DNA of 36,096 bases from Octopus bimaculoides (Eukaryota): assembly GCF_001194135.2 (NCBI RefSeq), contig NC_068987.1:106273211-106309306 (forward strand). Direction: 5' to 3'. The notes under the pieces were generated by a model, which worked only from the letters and a program-made list of their open reading frames with translations, had not been told where the DNA came from and did not search any database. Within the stretch, counting starts at the first letter, position 1, and every line of letters begins with the position of its first letter. Below, one piece after another: positions 13,301 to 26,938 of the stretch. The position numbers and the translations under genes were made by a program.

Positions 13301-13689
13301 GTTGACCCAACAAAGGTGTGGAATGTTATATCCTGTTCCGGCAATAAATTCTCCACTATCCTCTATCCACTCGATACAAAAAAAAAAAAAAAAAAAAACA
13401 GTCAGGAAATAACCGCACAATATCTTTACAATGTGTTCGGGCTGAATTTGAGGTCCTTTTATGTCTCCTTTTGGTTACGAATATCTTGATGTATAGGTGA
13501 ACAGTCAATACGTTAAATTTATAGTTGAGAAAAACTAAACTGACATCTGAATATCGGAGAAGTTATATCTACCATGAGTATTCACGCTGGGTATCAAAAT
13601 ACCGACAGCATGACTCCTACTCAGTGAATGTTGTAACCACTGTGAAGGTAGTAAGGTGTCACATGGACAGCTGAAACGGAAACTATAAA

Positions 13690-14265
13690 GCATTAGTCAG
13701 TGAGAGGGAGGCACAAAATGTATTCTGATTGCGTCCTCACGCAGCGTTCGTCAATCTACAGCAGGGCCTTAGATCCTATTCAGACAGCTATGTTAAGTTG
13801 CTGGAGATTGTGGCTTGAGAGGGCGCCTGCTGGAACACCATGTGTGGCGGCAGGATTTGGCTTCTTGCCATGCCTCTGCTTGTCAGAGAATTTCTACAAA
13901 TTTCTACGAATTCACCAACCCCAATTTAAGACTTCTTATTTCCTCTGAATGCAATCCAATGGGTTTGTTTGAAAAACACACTAACTGGTCTGACTACCAC
14001 ATCAAGTGCGAGTTGGTGGCAAAGATCAAGAAAATGTTCACAGATCTTCCCAGGGATAGAGTGAAGACTCATACATCATGTTTTAAAGCCCTCTTGATGA
14101 TGCTGTGGAAGCTGAGGACGGCTCCATTGAATAAACTGTTATCTCTCAGCCTTAATCCAGTTGCTATTTTTAATTTTAAAAAGACAACTTTCATTTCTGG
14201 ATGGAATATTGTTTGTCTTCTTTCCGTTTTATGCAAAGTGTCAAATTTAGCCCGAATACCCTGTT
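13690..14265 (+). mobile_element. Decayed Tc1/mariner element, maT/DD37D-like
   Basis: Remnants QQGLRSYSDSYVKLLEIV and HHVWRQDLASCHAS...NFYEFTNPNL...ECNPM...EKHTN...KCELVAKIKKMFTDLPRDRV correspond to maT-type YVWQQDSAPCHTS, NFYDFTSPNVWPPNSPDLNPMD and ELVAKIK..F..LPRD. The 3' end GAATACCCTG resembles a CAGGG-type TIR. Confidence 0.75.
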
Positions 14266-14869
14266 AATCATACATTACTGTTTTCATGAGGTAAAATGAA
14301 TTCGTTACTAAATCCGCTATACTGAATTTCATATAGAAACATGTTTTTCCAGCGCTAGATTCTTCGATCAAAACTGACCAAGACGCAGATATAGTTTTAA
14401 GGGATATAATCTCCCTCAAGATGCCTTCTTTTAAATACAGTATTTTCCAGCGAAGTTTTTAGTGCATCGTTCACGCCCTTTTAAATGCAGAACTGACCAT
14501 GAAATTACTCAGTAAAATAAAAATAAAAAATATTTTGGGAAAAATATCGCTTTGATCTAAGAATCGTCTAAATCCAATCTACGAATACTAATCAATAGTA
14601 GTTGGTAAATAATTTAACGACTTACAATATATTAATTTACCATTACGATTTATCATATAATTGAAATACTTTAATATTATTGAATAATAAATATTTTGGT
14701 GAGTGGAATTGATTTGTAAATGAATTAATTGACTGCTTAAATATATTTATTAAGGTAGATTAAAAATAATGATGGTGCGGTGCTGATTGTAATAGTTATT
14801 TTGCTGATTGTGGTGGCGATAATTCTAATGAAATTTCTGCTCTTAATGTTCCAACTGCTACTGTTGGTC

Positions 14870-15116
14870 CTGATGATGATGATGATGATGATGAGAAAGG
14901 TGGATGAAGATAATGACAGTGAGGATGATGATGGCTGTACAGAAGATGATGACAATGACAATGATGATGATAATGGTTGTGTTGGTGGTGGGATTACATT
15001 ATGATGACATTGATGATTATCATGGTAATGATGAAGATGATCCTATTGGTGATAACGACTACGACAAAGATGACCATAGTGCTGATGATGAGGAGGACGA
15101 TTATGCCGACGAAAAT
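14870..15116. repeat. Degenerate (GAT/GAC)n trinucleotide tract
   Basis: Interrupted GAT/GAC/AAT runs with stops in the Asp-rich frame, followed by (AC)n at about 15128-15178. Confidence 0.85.
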
Positions 15117-15126
15117 GTATAAAAAT

Positions 15127-15180
<54 letters not shown>

Positions 15181-15746
15181 ACACAGATCTGATATACACA
15201 CAAATATGTATAGTGATTAATTTCCTCTTCTTTATTCCCACACAGCGAATTCTAGAAATGCATGACATCATTCAAAGCCCACACCAGTTTGTTTTTTGCA
15301 TATATATAGTCTTTAAGAGGAATTTCGAAGGCACTTATCACACCAAAGGTTTTTAGATTTTTCCGTGTACATGAAAGTTTTAAATATAAATTTCAATAAT
15401 GGTTGGTTAATGTATTTCAATTAATTCATGTAATTAATTTATTAAATAGTTGTGTACATAAACAAGTAAATAATTAAGACTAGCTTGACAAAGCTTTGCA
15501 CACTCCAGCAGATTTATTTGGTGTATTTTAAATATAAAAATGGCAGTGCATAATTTGATCGAAACGACGGAATCGTCATCTTTAGCTGATGTATAGAAAC
15601 AATGCAGTAACGCGTCTAAAGTCAAATGATACTCTACATTACCTTATCCAGTGGGTGTCATTAAGACCTGTCTGTAAGGAAAATTTCTCTTCCGAGGCAG
15701 TTACCATAGCGAACGTCGTGTAGACTATATATGTTATATACAATGC

Positions 15747-15777
<31 letters not shown>

Positions 15778-16957
15778 TTATGTTAAACATAAATATATAT
15801 ATATAGCATTGCTTTAACTTTCGATATTTAGTGTGAGCCTTTGGTTGATAATTTCTTTTGATATATTTTGTTATTTATTTCTTATGAGCAGCAGACATAT
15901 CACCAGTTTTGACGTTATTTTATCTGCTGTCACATGAAGAATCAGTCTAGAATAATATGGTAAACAAAAATGTTGTTTTGCTGATCTACTATCATTTTGC
16001 TTGCCGATCTAGCGATTCCGTTAACTGAGTGTTAATATACGATAAATTCGTGCGTATTGGTGAAAACAGAAATCCTAAATGTTGAGGCTCTAGAGTTCTT
16101 TAGAAAACTGAAATGATATTCCTAAGCTATCGTTTCTGTCTTTTCAAGGAGAATAAGAATTCTCAAGGCACATGCGCTTTACTTTCTACCAAAATAATGT
16201 AAGAATACATGGTTTCCTTACTTTTTCTGCAAAATATTAAGTCATTTGTGTAATTTCTGGATAATTATTTATGTCTTATGAAGCAAAATTTGAAATATAA
16301 TAATTCGAATTAGGGACATGATATTATCATATTTTTTTTTTTTGCACCATGATAATGTCTGGATTTCCATTTTGCTCTTTGATCGAATGTATAGCAGCGA
16401 CCTTTCCAACTCCGTATGTCAGGGCTGTTTTCAGTTGCAAGTGGCTAGCCCTTCGTACATTTATCAGATCTCTACTCATCTCTCCACTTATTCATACACC
16501 TCAAAGGAAGTACAAATAGATATGTTCGTCGCGTCGATAAATAACAATAATTAGGGTTACACTAAATAACGTATAAATATAATTTAAAGACGGCTGGCAG
16601 TTATTTTTTAGTCAGCACATTTATAGATAGATAAAGGAATCTGTAGATGACCGAAAAAGTTGCTATAATAAGCAGTTGATCCCGCTCAAATTACATGCTT
16701 TCTTCTCTTAACGAAAAATGTTCGTTAATCATATAGCAAAATGTAATAGTATACTACTTTTCAAGGCAAAATACTCCGGGTGGAAAGTCATTAATCATGA
16801 AGCCACTCGACGTGGAATCACCTGGGAATAAACAGTAACAACATGTAATTTTTATATTACATTAAAATTATATCATGTATTTTTATAGTCTATTTATACA
16901 TATGTAAATAAGCACGTATATCTATGCTTATATATGTTCATACACACACACGCACAT

Positions 16958-17002
<45 letters not shown>

Positions 17003-17353
17003 NNNNNNNNNNNNNNNNNNNNNNNNNNNNNNNNNNNNNNNNNNNNNNNNNNNNNNNNNNNNNNNNNNNNNNNNNNNNNNNNNNNNNNNNNNNNNNNNNN
17101 NNNNNNNNNNNNNNNNNNNNNNNNNNNNNNNNNNNNNNNNNNNNNNNNNNNNNNNNNNNNNNNNNNNNNNNNNNNNNNNNNNNNNNNNNNNNNNNNNNNN
17201 NNNNNNNNNNNNNNNNNNNNNNNNNNNNNNNNNNNNNNNNNNNNNNNNNNNNNNNNNNNNNNNNNNNNNNNNNNNNNNNNNNNNNNNNNNNNNNNNNNNN
17301 NNNNNNNNNNNNNNNNNNNNNNNNNNNNNNNNNNNNNNNNNNNNNNNNNNNNN

Positions 17354-17393
<40 letters not shown>

Positions 17394-18789
17394 ATATGTG
17401 TGTGTGAGTCTGTGTGGGTGCATGAATGTGTGTGTTTATATATAATACAAATACATACATATATATGTATATGTGTGTGTGTAGGTAGTATTTATGTATT
17501 TATGTATGATTGGGTTCATCAACTCTCAGTGGAACGATGTTGAAGACGATATGCCGATGAAGGTAATGATGATGATGATGATGATGATTGTAAAATACGT
17601 GTTTGACTCTGAGTAGGAATATATTTGTGTGTGTGTGTGTGAGTGTGTATGTGTATATGCGTGTATGTGTAATATGTCAAAACCATTTATATTTATAGTT
17701 CTTAAATATAGCTATAATGACATATGTATCCATATACGGTGTACTGAATGTTAATAGTAGAAATATATAAATTATTGATATCCTGTCGATATTTTGGTGA
17801 AGATTGATAGTACTGACTGGAACAATTATATTCTGTATTTGTCTTGCGTGACCACGACCCATAGTAACAAATTGTTTTCAGCACTGCAAGGTACCGAAAT
17901 ATAAGTTAATCATACAGTTGAATAGTTCCTTGTAGTAGCCAAGCATGTTAAAATATAAATACGTATGTATGCGTTTGTGTGTGTGCGTGTTGGATATGTA
18001 TGTATGTATATGCATATATAAACACACACACACGCACGCATGTATATATATATATATATATNNNNNNNNNNNNNNNNNNNNNNNNNNNNNNNNNNNNNNN
18101 NNNNNNNNNNNNNNNNNNNNNNNNNNNNNNNNNNNNNNNNNNNNNNNNNNNNNNNNNNNNNNNNNNNNNNNNNNNNNNNNNNNNNNNNNNNNNNNNNNNN
18201 NNNNNNNNNNNNNNNNNNNNNNNNNNNNNNNNNNNNNNNNNNNNNNNNNNNNNNNNNNNNNNNNNNNNNNNNNNNNNNNNNNNNNNNNNNNNNNNNNNNN
18301 NNNNNNNNNNNNNNNNNNNNNNNNNNNNNNNNNNNNNNNNNNNNNNNNNNNNNNNNNNNNNNNNNNNNNNNNNNNNNNNNNNNNNNNNNNNNNNNNNNNN
18401 NNNNNNNNNNNNNNNNNNNNNNNNNNNNNNNNNNNNNNNNNNNNNNNNNNNNNNNNNNNNNNNNNNNNNNNNNNNNNNNNNNNNNNNNNNNNNNNNNNNN
18501 NNNNNNNNNNNNNNNNNNNNNNNNNNNNNNNNNNNNNNNNNNNNNNNNNNNNNNNNNNNNNNNNNNNNNNNNNNNNNNNNNNNNNNNNNNNNNNNNNNNN
18601 NNNNNNNNNNNNNNNNNATATATATATATATATATATATATATAGATATATATATATATATATATATATATAATGTATGTACGTGTACGCGCGCATATGT
18701 ATGTTCCTCGATTTTTTTACTGCTTTCGGTCGATGGAATCTCGTCAATGTAGTGCACAGCTGTATTTTGTTACATGTATTTTTTACCAT

Positions 18790-19990
18790 CTTTCAGTTTT
18801 GCTGAACGTTTATGATTGGAAGTTGGTGAACTGAATTCGTTGCAGCTGATCTTTTGTATAGTAGCCTGGTCTAGTATTTTGGTTGAGTTCATCCAATGAT
18901 TTCTTGGATATTTCAACAGAATTCTCTTTTACGTTTCCTATGTCTTTAGGTAGGCAGTTGACCTTATAAAGTTTTGCAGCATGACATCCTTGTTCAAAAT
19001 TGTGGTATACGTGGAAATATGCAGTATCTAACAGTTCATGCGTTAAAGTCTTGTTGAAAGTCCAAATTTGGAACATGACCTACCAGAATCTTCCATATAT
19101 TAAAAAATCACAACGTGTATCTCTCTCTGCATCGTTCAAAGGAGAAGAAACATAGACCATTGAGTCTGGAAAAAAATTGTTTCATTAACTTGTAAACGTT
19201 CTTTCTATTTCTTCTATGTAATCTTTCAATATCTTCTATGAGAATGGATGTGTTTCGAGGCCTAAGCTGTGAAGTGTAATGTAGTCTACTCCAAACTAAT
19301 GCTTATCCATAAATTCAGTATAACTATTGCTTCTCGTGTTATGAATGTTTTCAGGATCCATTCAATGAGAAATCTGTATTTAGAGATACAGTTTCTAATG
19401 TGTTCAATGAAAGATACATTGTATGGCATTATTATTCTTAAGTCACGTAGTTTATTTGAGTTTTAAATTGTGTTCTCTAGTGTCAAATTATTTTTATTTT
19501 GCATGACTATTCTGTAATGAAGGACCCGGAATTTTATATTATGTTTAACCACTCATTGATAGATGAGATTTAACACATTCTTGAGTGAGAGAGTGTCTTC
19601 GACAATATGTATATTTTTCCCTCTCGGCGTAAATAGCAAGATTGTCTGAGAGTATATGTGATTTTATGTCTGATATGGTGATGATAAATAATAGTGGTTC
19701 TAGAACCGTACCTTGAGGCACACTATTTATTACAGCTGACTCGACAGACAGGAGACGTTTGCAGCAACAGATTTATTCCAACCCTGTAAAATACCACAAA
19801 GCCATACTCCAAAGTTTACTGTAACATCAAGTTCCCTTAACCTATGACAGATGATTCCATTATTAATTTTATCAAAGGCTTTCGCATCAATCAGTTCAAA
19901 CGTCAAGGAACATGAGAAGCTAAACTCGAAAATCATGCGTTCCTCAAAACTCACATGTTATCAAAGAAAAATCAGTGCATGTTTAGGAAT
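18790..19990 (-). mobile_element. Decayed CR1-type non-LTR retrotransposon, RT and C-terminal ORF2 remnant
   Basis: Minus-strand remnants in the correct order: DAKAFDKINNGIICHRLREL (DFAKAFDKV), SVPQGTVLEPLLFIITISD...LAIYAE (GVPQGTVLGPLLF...YADD), LRDLRIIM...EWILKTFITRE, FSFERCRERY (YSLERRRERY), NCLPKDIGN...SKKSLDE. Many stops and frameshifts. Confidence 0.85.
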
Positions 19991-22454
19991 ATAAGCTGAC
20001 AATCGACATCACGTTCAATTGTTTGACTTTGTGCCATCGGAATAGCAAATTTCCAGGTGACGAGGCTATTATACACACAAAGAAAACAATTAAAGCACAT
20101 TTATGGTGCAGATTATTTGCATGTAACATCTATGTTAGAGTCCTTATTGTCTCGCCTATGGTTAGCCCCGATCAAGAAAAGCATTTCAAGTTTGACTATC
20201 CGATCCTATTTTAATGCGCAGTGTATTTTGGACAAAATTACCCAGAATTTATTTTACGTTTTGATTAGAAATAATGGGTTTGAAGATTATTTAGTTGCTA
20301 TTCAGACAGTTCAAATGGTCTCTCAGCGTTCGTGTCGTGGGTTTTTGGCCGATGATTATTATCATAGTCAAGTCTCTGTCGTTTAATCATTTACTCCAAA
20401 CCAGTCCAGAATGAAACATCCCTCACGTGTAGAGCGTGAAACAAGAGATTAACATGTACATTTAGTTAAAGAATACTTGTGTGGGATACGAATGAGACTT
20501 TCGCTAAAATTTTTGCTTATCTGTGGGTCAAGTCACGTCTCCTTTTTATGTTTTTATTTATGTACCTACTAAGGTCACACCGAGTTTGATTCTGCGTCTG
20601 GTTATGCTCTCATTCTTTTCAATATCTCTCATTTTATCGACGGCATTTCAGCAGATAATTCAAATTTTTTCAAAATTCTTCATAAACATTATCTCACATG
20701 CGTTCAATTATTTTTACTATCATTTTGTTCATTCGTTCAAACTTCCATTCGTAATTCATTTTCGTTCACTTACTCATTTATTTTACTATTTATTTGTTCT
20801 TTTTTCAATTTTTAATTTGTCTCGTCTTTTTTTCTTTTTTACAAATGTATTCATTTCTATTTTCTTTTAATGGTATATTTTATTTGTTTATATTTTCATA
20901 TTTCCTTTTTCTTCTTTGATACCAAAATGTTTTCTCTGTATGTGTACATACATATACACATACATATGCGCTACTCCCCATATATAAACAAATAAATAAA
21001 TATACATATATGTATACATGTATATATACACACAAATATGTGTATAAACATGTATGTCTATGTGTCCTTATCTTTATTTTTTATCTACTTGCTTCATTCT
21101 CTTTTCATCGACATTATTCAGAAGGCATTACAAAGTCTCCTCTTCCTACAGACAGTTTGTGATGACTACTACATGAAGGTTTCTACGATAAAGAAACAAA
21201 GGAATATGATAAATTAGGAATAGAATTATTATAAAAACACGGTCACATGGTCAGTCTTCTAATTTAATGAAGCCTCGTTGCCAGAAACACATGTAAACAA
21301 ATTACTTGAGTGAAAGCTTCGTTACTCTTACTAAACAGATCTCAACATGACTGCAGTAATTTGCCTTCAAACTGTGTAGGCACTATACCAAACAATTTAG
21401 CCGGCAATACGAATGAGATTGTGTGTGAATTTCTTCTTAATGGCCATTAGCGACATAATGGAAATGAAAATTAAATAGATTGAACGATGAATGAATGAAT
21501 GGAGTCTCCAGGAACTTACCTCTATTTTAACTCTATTTTACGGTGTTTCAACGGATATTCGCTGGAATAGAATTAAATAACGAAACGGGTAAAAGGTTGA
21601 AGAAGAAAACAAAGACGATGAAGAAAAGCAACTCAAAGTGTAAACAATTAATTCACGTACACATGCAATATATATATATATATANNNNNNNNNNNNNNNN
21701 NNNNNNNNNNNNNNNNNNNNNNNNNNNNNNNNNATATATATGCAGGCCAAGCAAAACCAACATATAGGCATATACTCGACAGACATACACTCATATTAAA
21801 AGCTTATTCACACATACACACACGCATACGCACACGCACACACACACATCTAAATTGTAAACATACACAAAATTCAAAGACATACAAACACACTACCCAT
21901 AAAGCTCGTCATACATACGCATGAATGTAGCATACAAATAAACAAATAAATACACACCGTTCGTACATGCACATACACATTCAGACATACAGACACACAC
22001 ACACAGATACTCATACATCCACAAGAACGAAACAGGCATAGAGCCATATGGAGACATTATACGCATGCAGGCGCATATCCTTCTGGATACACATACCACC
22101 CTTGTATACAAGAGTTTCAGTGTGTCTGTATATATCCCTCTGTGTGTGTGAGAGTAAATGAGTGTGTGTGCGTGTCTTGTACAAATCCAGAGACACTATA
22201 ATGCAATTCCTCCTTTTCTTTAGAACAGATTTCCTCTCCCCCAGGATGTCTTCTCCCACCCACCACTCCTGTTTCGCCGTCCCGACTTTCTGCTTCATTT
22301 ACTTCTCATTGGTTAATGCAAATAAATGAAATGAAGCGACGCTAGCCACAATAAAAATAAATTTCCATCAAGAACCAGGATAGCAAACATCAGCAACAGT
22401 GATAATTCTGAGAAATCATAATAGTGTGTATAATAATGTTAATAATGAGGAGGA

Positions 22455-22507
22455 GGATGATGATGATGATGATGATGATGATGTTGATGACGACGACGGC
22501 AATGATG

Positions 22508-22539
<32 letters not shown>

Positions 22540-22542
22540 GAT
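22455..22542. repeat. (GAT)n microsatellite with GAC/GGT interruptions
   Basis: Trinucleotide run seen directly. Confidence 0.95.
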
Positions 22543-23079
22543 ATCTTTATTGACCAAACGTGCCGATGGACGTTTAAAGCAAGGATTATAAATATGTTGG
22601 AGCTGTATAAATACACAATAAAAACTCAGAATTAAATGCGTAGCAATAGAAAACTACAAGCATTTGCTCATAAAGGAGTCGGAAACCGTCCCATAGAGAA
22701 AACTATAAAATCTCAGTAGATCATAAATTTCTTCCAACTGCAATTTCCCAAAATGACAGATATTTTACTAGGGAAGGAATTAAGGCGCCATAGAAAAAGG
22801 TCCCGACGGTTCACCCTTTTGTCGACACCACTAAGCAAATGGAGATGTATAATGTTGCGATGCAGCCTCTGAAGGTCCATGAAAAAGGGTCGTTTAAGGA
22901 TGATAAATGAAACATCCGTATTTCCAGAGGTTAATTGTTCCAACACCAAAGAATTCCCCTCAACACACGGCTAAGGTGCCATCCCACTACTCCAGATCGT
23001 GACAAGGGATGCACACAGCGTCATCTACCGAGGGACATTCTCAACTGGTTCATGTCAAGCAACTAAAAAGTAAATCTGT

Positions 23080-23220
23080 ATTCCAAATTCGGCCGTGGTC
23101 GACACTGCCTGTCATCTTTCAGTGTTGATAAATTAAGTACTAGGGAAACACTGGGGTCGATGTAATTGGTTAATCCCCCCACCCAAATTTCAGGCCTTGT
23201 GCCTTTAGTTGAAATGATTA
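23080..23220 (+). mobile_element. tRNA-derived SINE, family A variant, 5'-truncated, with (ATT)n tail
   Basis: CCAAATTCGGCCGTGGTCGACACTGCCTGTCATCTTTCAGTGTTGATAAATTAAGTACTAGG...CTGGGGTCGATGTAAT aligns with about 102-195 of the first SINE. A different 3' segment follows and runs directly into (ATT)n. Confidence 0.8.
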
Positions 23221-23239
23221 TTATTATTATTATTATTAC

Positions 23240-23282
<43 letters not shown>

Positions 23283-23352
23283 GTTGCTGTTGTTGCTGTT
23301 GTTGTTGTTGTTTTTGTTGTTGTTGTTGTTGTTATTATTATTATTATTATTA
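23218..23352. repeat. Compound (ATT)n(GTT)n(ATT)n microsatellite grown from the SINE tail
   Basis: Seen directly; starts at the SINE 3' end. Confidence 0.95.
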
Positions 23353-23639
23353 TTTTTCTCATCATGACAACATCTACTTTACTGCATGAAGAGAGTATGC
23401 TGTATGCTGGGCCCTAAAGGCCATTTCATCCGGATAAACTTTCACCACATTGGTATTTTAATGTTTAGAAGCCTGGAAGCCACATCGGGTCACACGCCCA
23501 CTGCACTGTGTGACGAGGTAGGAAGGCAAATAAGTTCTGTCTCTAAGACGATAGCCTCGAATCATCTTACGCCGATTCAAACAACGCCAGCTTGATTATC
23601 GCTAGCAGTATCGAAAAAAAAAAACCGAATGAATGAACA

Positions 23640-23790
23640 ATAATAACGACAACGGTAACAAAAACACCAGCTACAAAAGCAGCAACAGCGGCAACAGCAG
23701 GGGCAGTAGGAGCAGCAGCAGCACCAAAATAGTGACAACAACAACAGCAACAACTGTAGTCGCAGCAGTGACAGAAGCAACAACAGTAAA
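23640..23790. repeat. Degenerate (CAA/CAG)n tract
   Basis: Interrupted CAA/CAG/CGG runs. Confidence 0.75.
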
Positions 23791-25034
23791 AGCGTAGCGC
23801 ATGTAGGGAGTTTCCCTGTATTACTCCTCTGTTTATATGTATGGAGTTGATGTTAACAAACCCTTTAATATGTAGTGTGCCAGGTCTGGTTTATTTGTGT
23901 ACAGATTTTCCAATATCTGTGATTGTAATTTGTTACTAAAAATTTTATTGGTAATCAATGCATACCGTGCTATTTGGTTTTTCTTATTTTACAATCTTCG
24001 ATAATTGGTCAAATCACCAGTAGCTGAACCTTCTGGCAATAAATTAATATCTACGTAAAACAGGACAGACGAGGTAAAATGGATTTGAAGCAAAGAAAAA
24101 AAACTTCAGCAAAAACGAAGTACGAAGTTGATGAAATTAAGGATATATTTAGGGTATTACATATATGATATAATGTGCTGAAGAATTCGATTACCTGAGA
24201 TCCCATCCAATTAGTAGACAAAAGCTCTTTCTCCGAGTATGTTCTTTTTTTTTTTTAATTGAGAAGCACAATATCTTGTTTATAACTCTAATAAGATCAA
24301 CCAACTGGAAGTTTGGCATAATGAAGAAAATACAGATATGTGTAGTTTTTGTCTTTGAAGCTGGGAAAAGCAGCGGCCATATTTCGAGGTTATTAGATAT
24401 TTTTAACAAAGTCATGTTTTACCCAACTGGCAAGACATAATGTGACGAGCATAAACAGAAGCAAAGGGAATATAATCACTTTGTTTATGAATATCAGCAA
24501 TATTGAGGGAAAGTGCCAAGGGAGAGTGCTCTTCATGTTCATTACACATATATTAGCTTTCCCAAACGTAAAAATATGAGGTGAAAACTTCGCTTATACA
24601 CGCAATTAACTGAAAACATTTCATTCAGGGTTGTCTAAATTTTTGAAACAAACAATCAAGGTGGGCAATATTTGAAAGCACGCTGCTGGGACGAATTGTT
24701 GTCTCTATCCGATATTTATTGTCGTTATAACACAGCGAGTCCATAAAAAGATCTTCTATCAGGATATATATTGCAGTAATTGGTCTATCGACAGTGTGTG
24801 TACATTTAGTATGATACAAAAATAGATTTTCCAGTATATATATATATATATATGCATAAATATAAAAAAAAGATAAGTAAAAAGGAAAAAGAATAAGGAA
24901 TAAGTGGAAATTTTACCGGTGAGTGTGTTAAATTATAAGGCACAAAAAGAAAATGACTCTCCCCAGACACAACAGAATATGCTTCAACACACAAACTCAC
25001 ATAAAGAATCTTGCAAACCAAATCCAAAAACGAA

Positions 25035-25081
<47 letters not shown>

Positions 25082-25082
25082 A

Positions 25083-25180
25083 TAGGCGTACGCGTTCTTG
25101 TCTTGTAAGACGTTTGCTCCTCAGCCACAGGTTTCCGGGATCAGTCGCACTACATGGTACCTTGCGCACCATATTTTCGA
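25083..25180 (+). mobile_element. SINE family B head fragment (tRNA-like region plus start of CORE)
   Basis: TGTAAGACGTTTGCTCCTCAGCCACAGGTTTCCGGGATCAGTCGCACTACATGGTACCTTG aligns with GGTAAGAAACTTGCTTCTCAACCACATGGTTCTAGGTTTAGTCCCACTGCGTGACACCTTC at about 33893-33953. Confidence 0.7.
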
Positions 25181-26712
25181 CACACACAAATATAACTGCT
25201 TTCAGAATGATCATAATGAAAGTTTACTTACCATGACGAATGTATCATCTGAAGCGCAGACTCTATGCAAGTGTAAATCCCGCAAAGTAGATGCTTTCGT
25301 GCATGTGATTGTTAAAGGATTTATTTGTGTAAAGAAATTGCAAAAATAAAGTACACTTTAATATCAGTTTAACCAAAGCTGTAATGAAGATTCATTAGGG
25401 TATATCCTTGAACGACATAGGTTTAGCAGATCATCTGCACAGAACATAATTCAACAGACAAAACTACTCCTTTGTCCGACAAATATGCAGTTTTTATTAT
25501 GTGATAAATTTAGTTGTACAGTTCCGGTTGCATTTGTTTTTATCCTCTAAACTGTGCACTATTTTAAGTTCCCTATTTCATGACTTTGAAAACAATGGAT
25601 TAGTATATTCTATTAAGTTTCTCGATGTGTTGTCCAGAAGCGTGATAGCCTAAGTTATATATTTTACGGTGACGATTCTGAAAATCCACAATGGTCGATG
25701 TGTACATCTGTAAAAATGCGAAAATTAATTTTCGGCTTTTCCATGCTCCAGTGATTCAAATAAATGTGCAGGTTTGCTAATCTACAAATATTTTGGACGA
25801 AATTATATTCATAATATAGTCAACCAAACAATAAGACATTTAGCCAATCCACCAATCTTTCTACTCAAATCTCTCTGCTATGTCTCTTACTTTCGTAGCA
25901 ATAATAATAATGTAATTAGATAAAGAAGTAAAACTTTCAGATAAACAACAACAAAAGCAATCATAAAATCAACAACTAAAACAATAAATCATATAATCAA
26001 CGTCAATACCGCAACAATAACAAACACACACACGCAAAAAAAACAACAAATAAATAAACAAATAACGCTCGCAAAAGCAATAGCAAGCAGAAAAGCAAAG
26101 CTAAGAGCAACAATAACTGCAGCACCAGCAATACAAACAACACTCACTGCACAACTACAATGATGATAACAATAACAAGAACAACAAATTTATGTACAAC
26201 ACTAAAAACACTCCCACCACCTCTAGCACCAATAACTGTGGCGTTATTATTTTTTTTCTCCTGCCAGCAGAACTTGAACAAAATTGCAGCACACCTTTAA
26301 GCGGAAAATATCAACAGTCAAATACATCAATATAAAGACCATAAATATGAGGTAAATACCATGGCGATGACGATAGCTTTATTACAGCTACAACCGACAA
26401 AAACAGAAAGGACTCTTATGTGAATGTTTGACCTACTAGAAATAACAGCTGAATATATACCAAGTCGCACCTATTGTTATGAAAATGAAAGCCAACTCTG
26501 AACAGTAGTAAATGGTGTATGGGTGTCAAAACACTTAACACCCGGTAACCGTGTTCACAGAGCTGCAAAGTGGTGCAATGCAGGAACTAGTGGGAAACTG
26601 CTGTCGTTGATGATGGATTCACCTTTGATATACTGTTGCCCAGTTTAACAACATCTACTGATTTATGGGACAGTTAGATTTTTTCTATGCAGGACATACT
26701 ATGAATGCCTCT

Positions 26713-26938
26713 TGTAACGTAATTTGGTACGTACAATAAAGGAGACAACCAGACAACAGTAAAAACAATGTAATGAACTAACAATCAACCAACCGACACC
26801 TTCCGACTTCACTGCGAACTAATACGAACTTCACTCGACTCCGACTCTGAACTCTCGAAATCACTCGGAATCGTTACTATTTATAATTTACTCAGACTAG
26901 ACTATCTCTCGCAAGGGGGCGTCGTAAATCCCATCACA
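26713..26938 (-). mobile_element. 3' LTR of a Ty3/Gypsy retrotransposon (226 bp)
   Basis: On the minus strand it begins TGTGATGGG and ends ACGTTACA (TG...CA). It is immediately preceded by the polypurine tract AAGGGGAGATAC (26939-26950) and contains TATAAATA (26878-26885). Confidence 0.75.

Noticed and set aside
14780-15192. Asp-rich or Met-rich ORFs suggesting an acidic (biomineral-type) protein
   Set aside because: This is a degenerate GAT microsatellite with stops and frame changes, and there is no convincing splice context.
15565-15600. GAAAC-hairpin-GTC followed by CTGATGT as a permuted hammerhead
   Set aside because: Stem I cannot pair, the core has A9 replaced, and there is no stem II.
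17780-17890. Plus-strand peptide KIDSTDWNNYILYLSC resembling the lipocalin TDYxxY motif
   Set aside because: There is an upstream in-frame stop, no good acceptor, a weak donor and no other lipocalin segments.
20000-20450. Possible upstream continuation of the CR1 LINE
   Set aside because: Translations are too degraded to match endonuclease or RT motifs with confidence.
22880-23070. Segment that looks like a common octopus interspersed repeat just before the SINE
   Set aside because: Recognised only from memory; there is no second copy or diagnostic motif in the window, so it cannot be classified.
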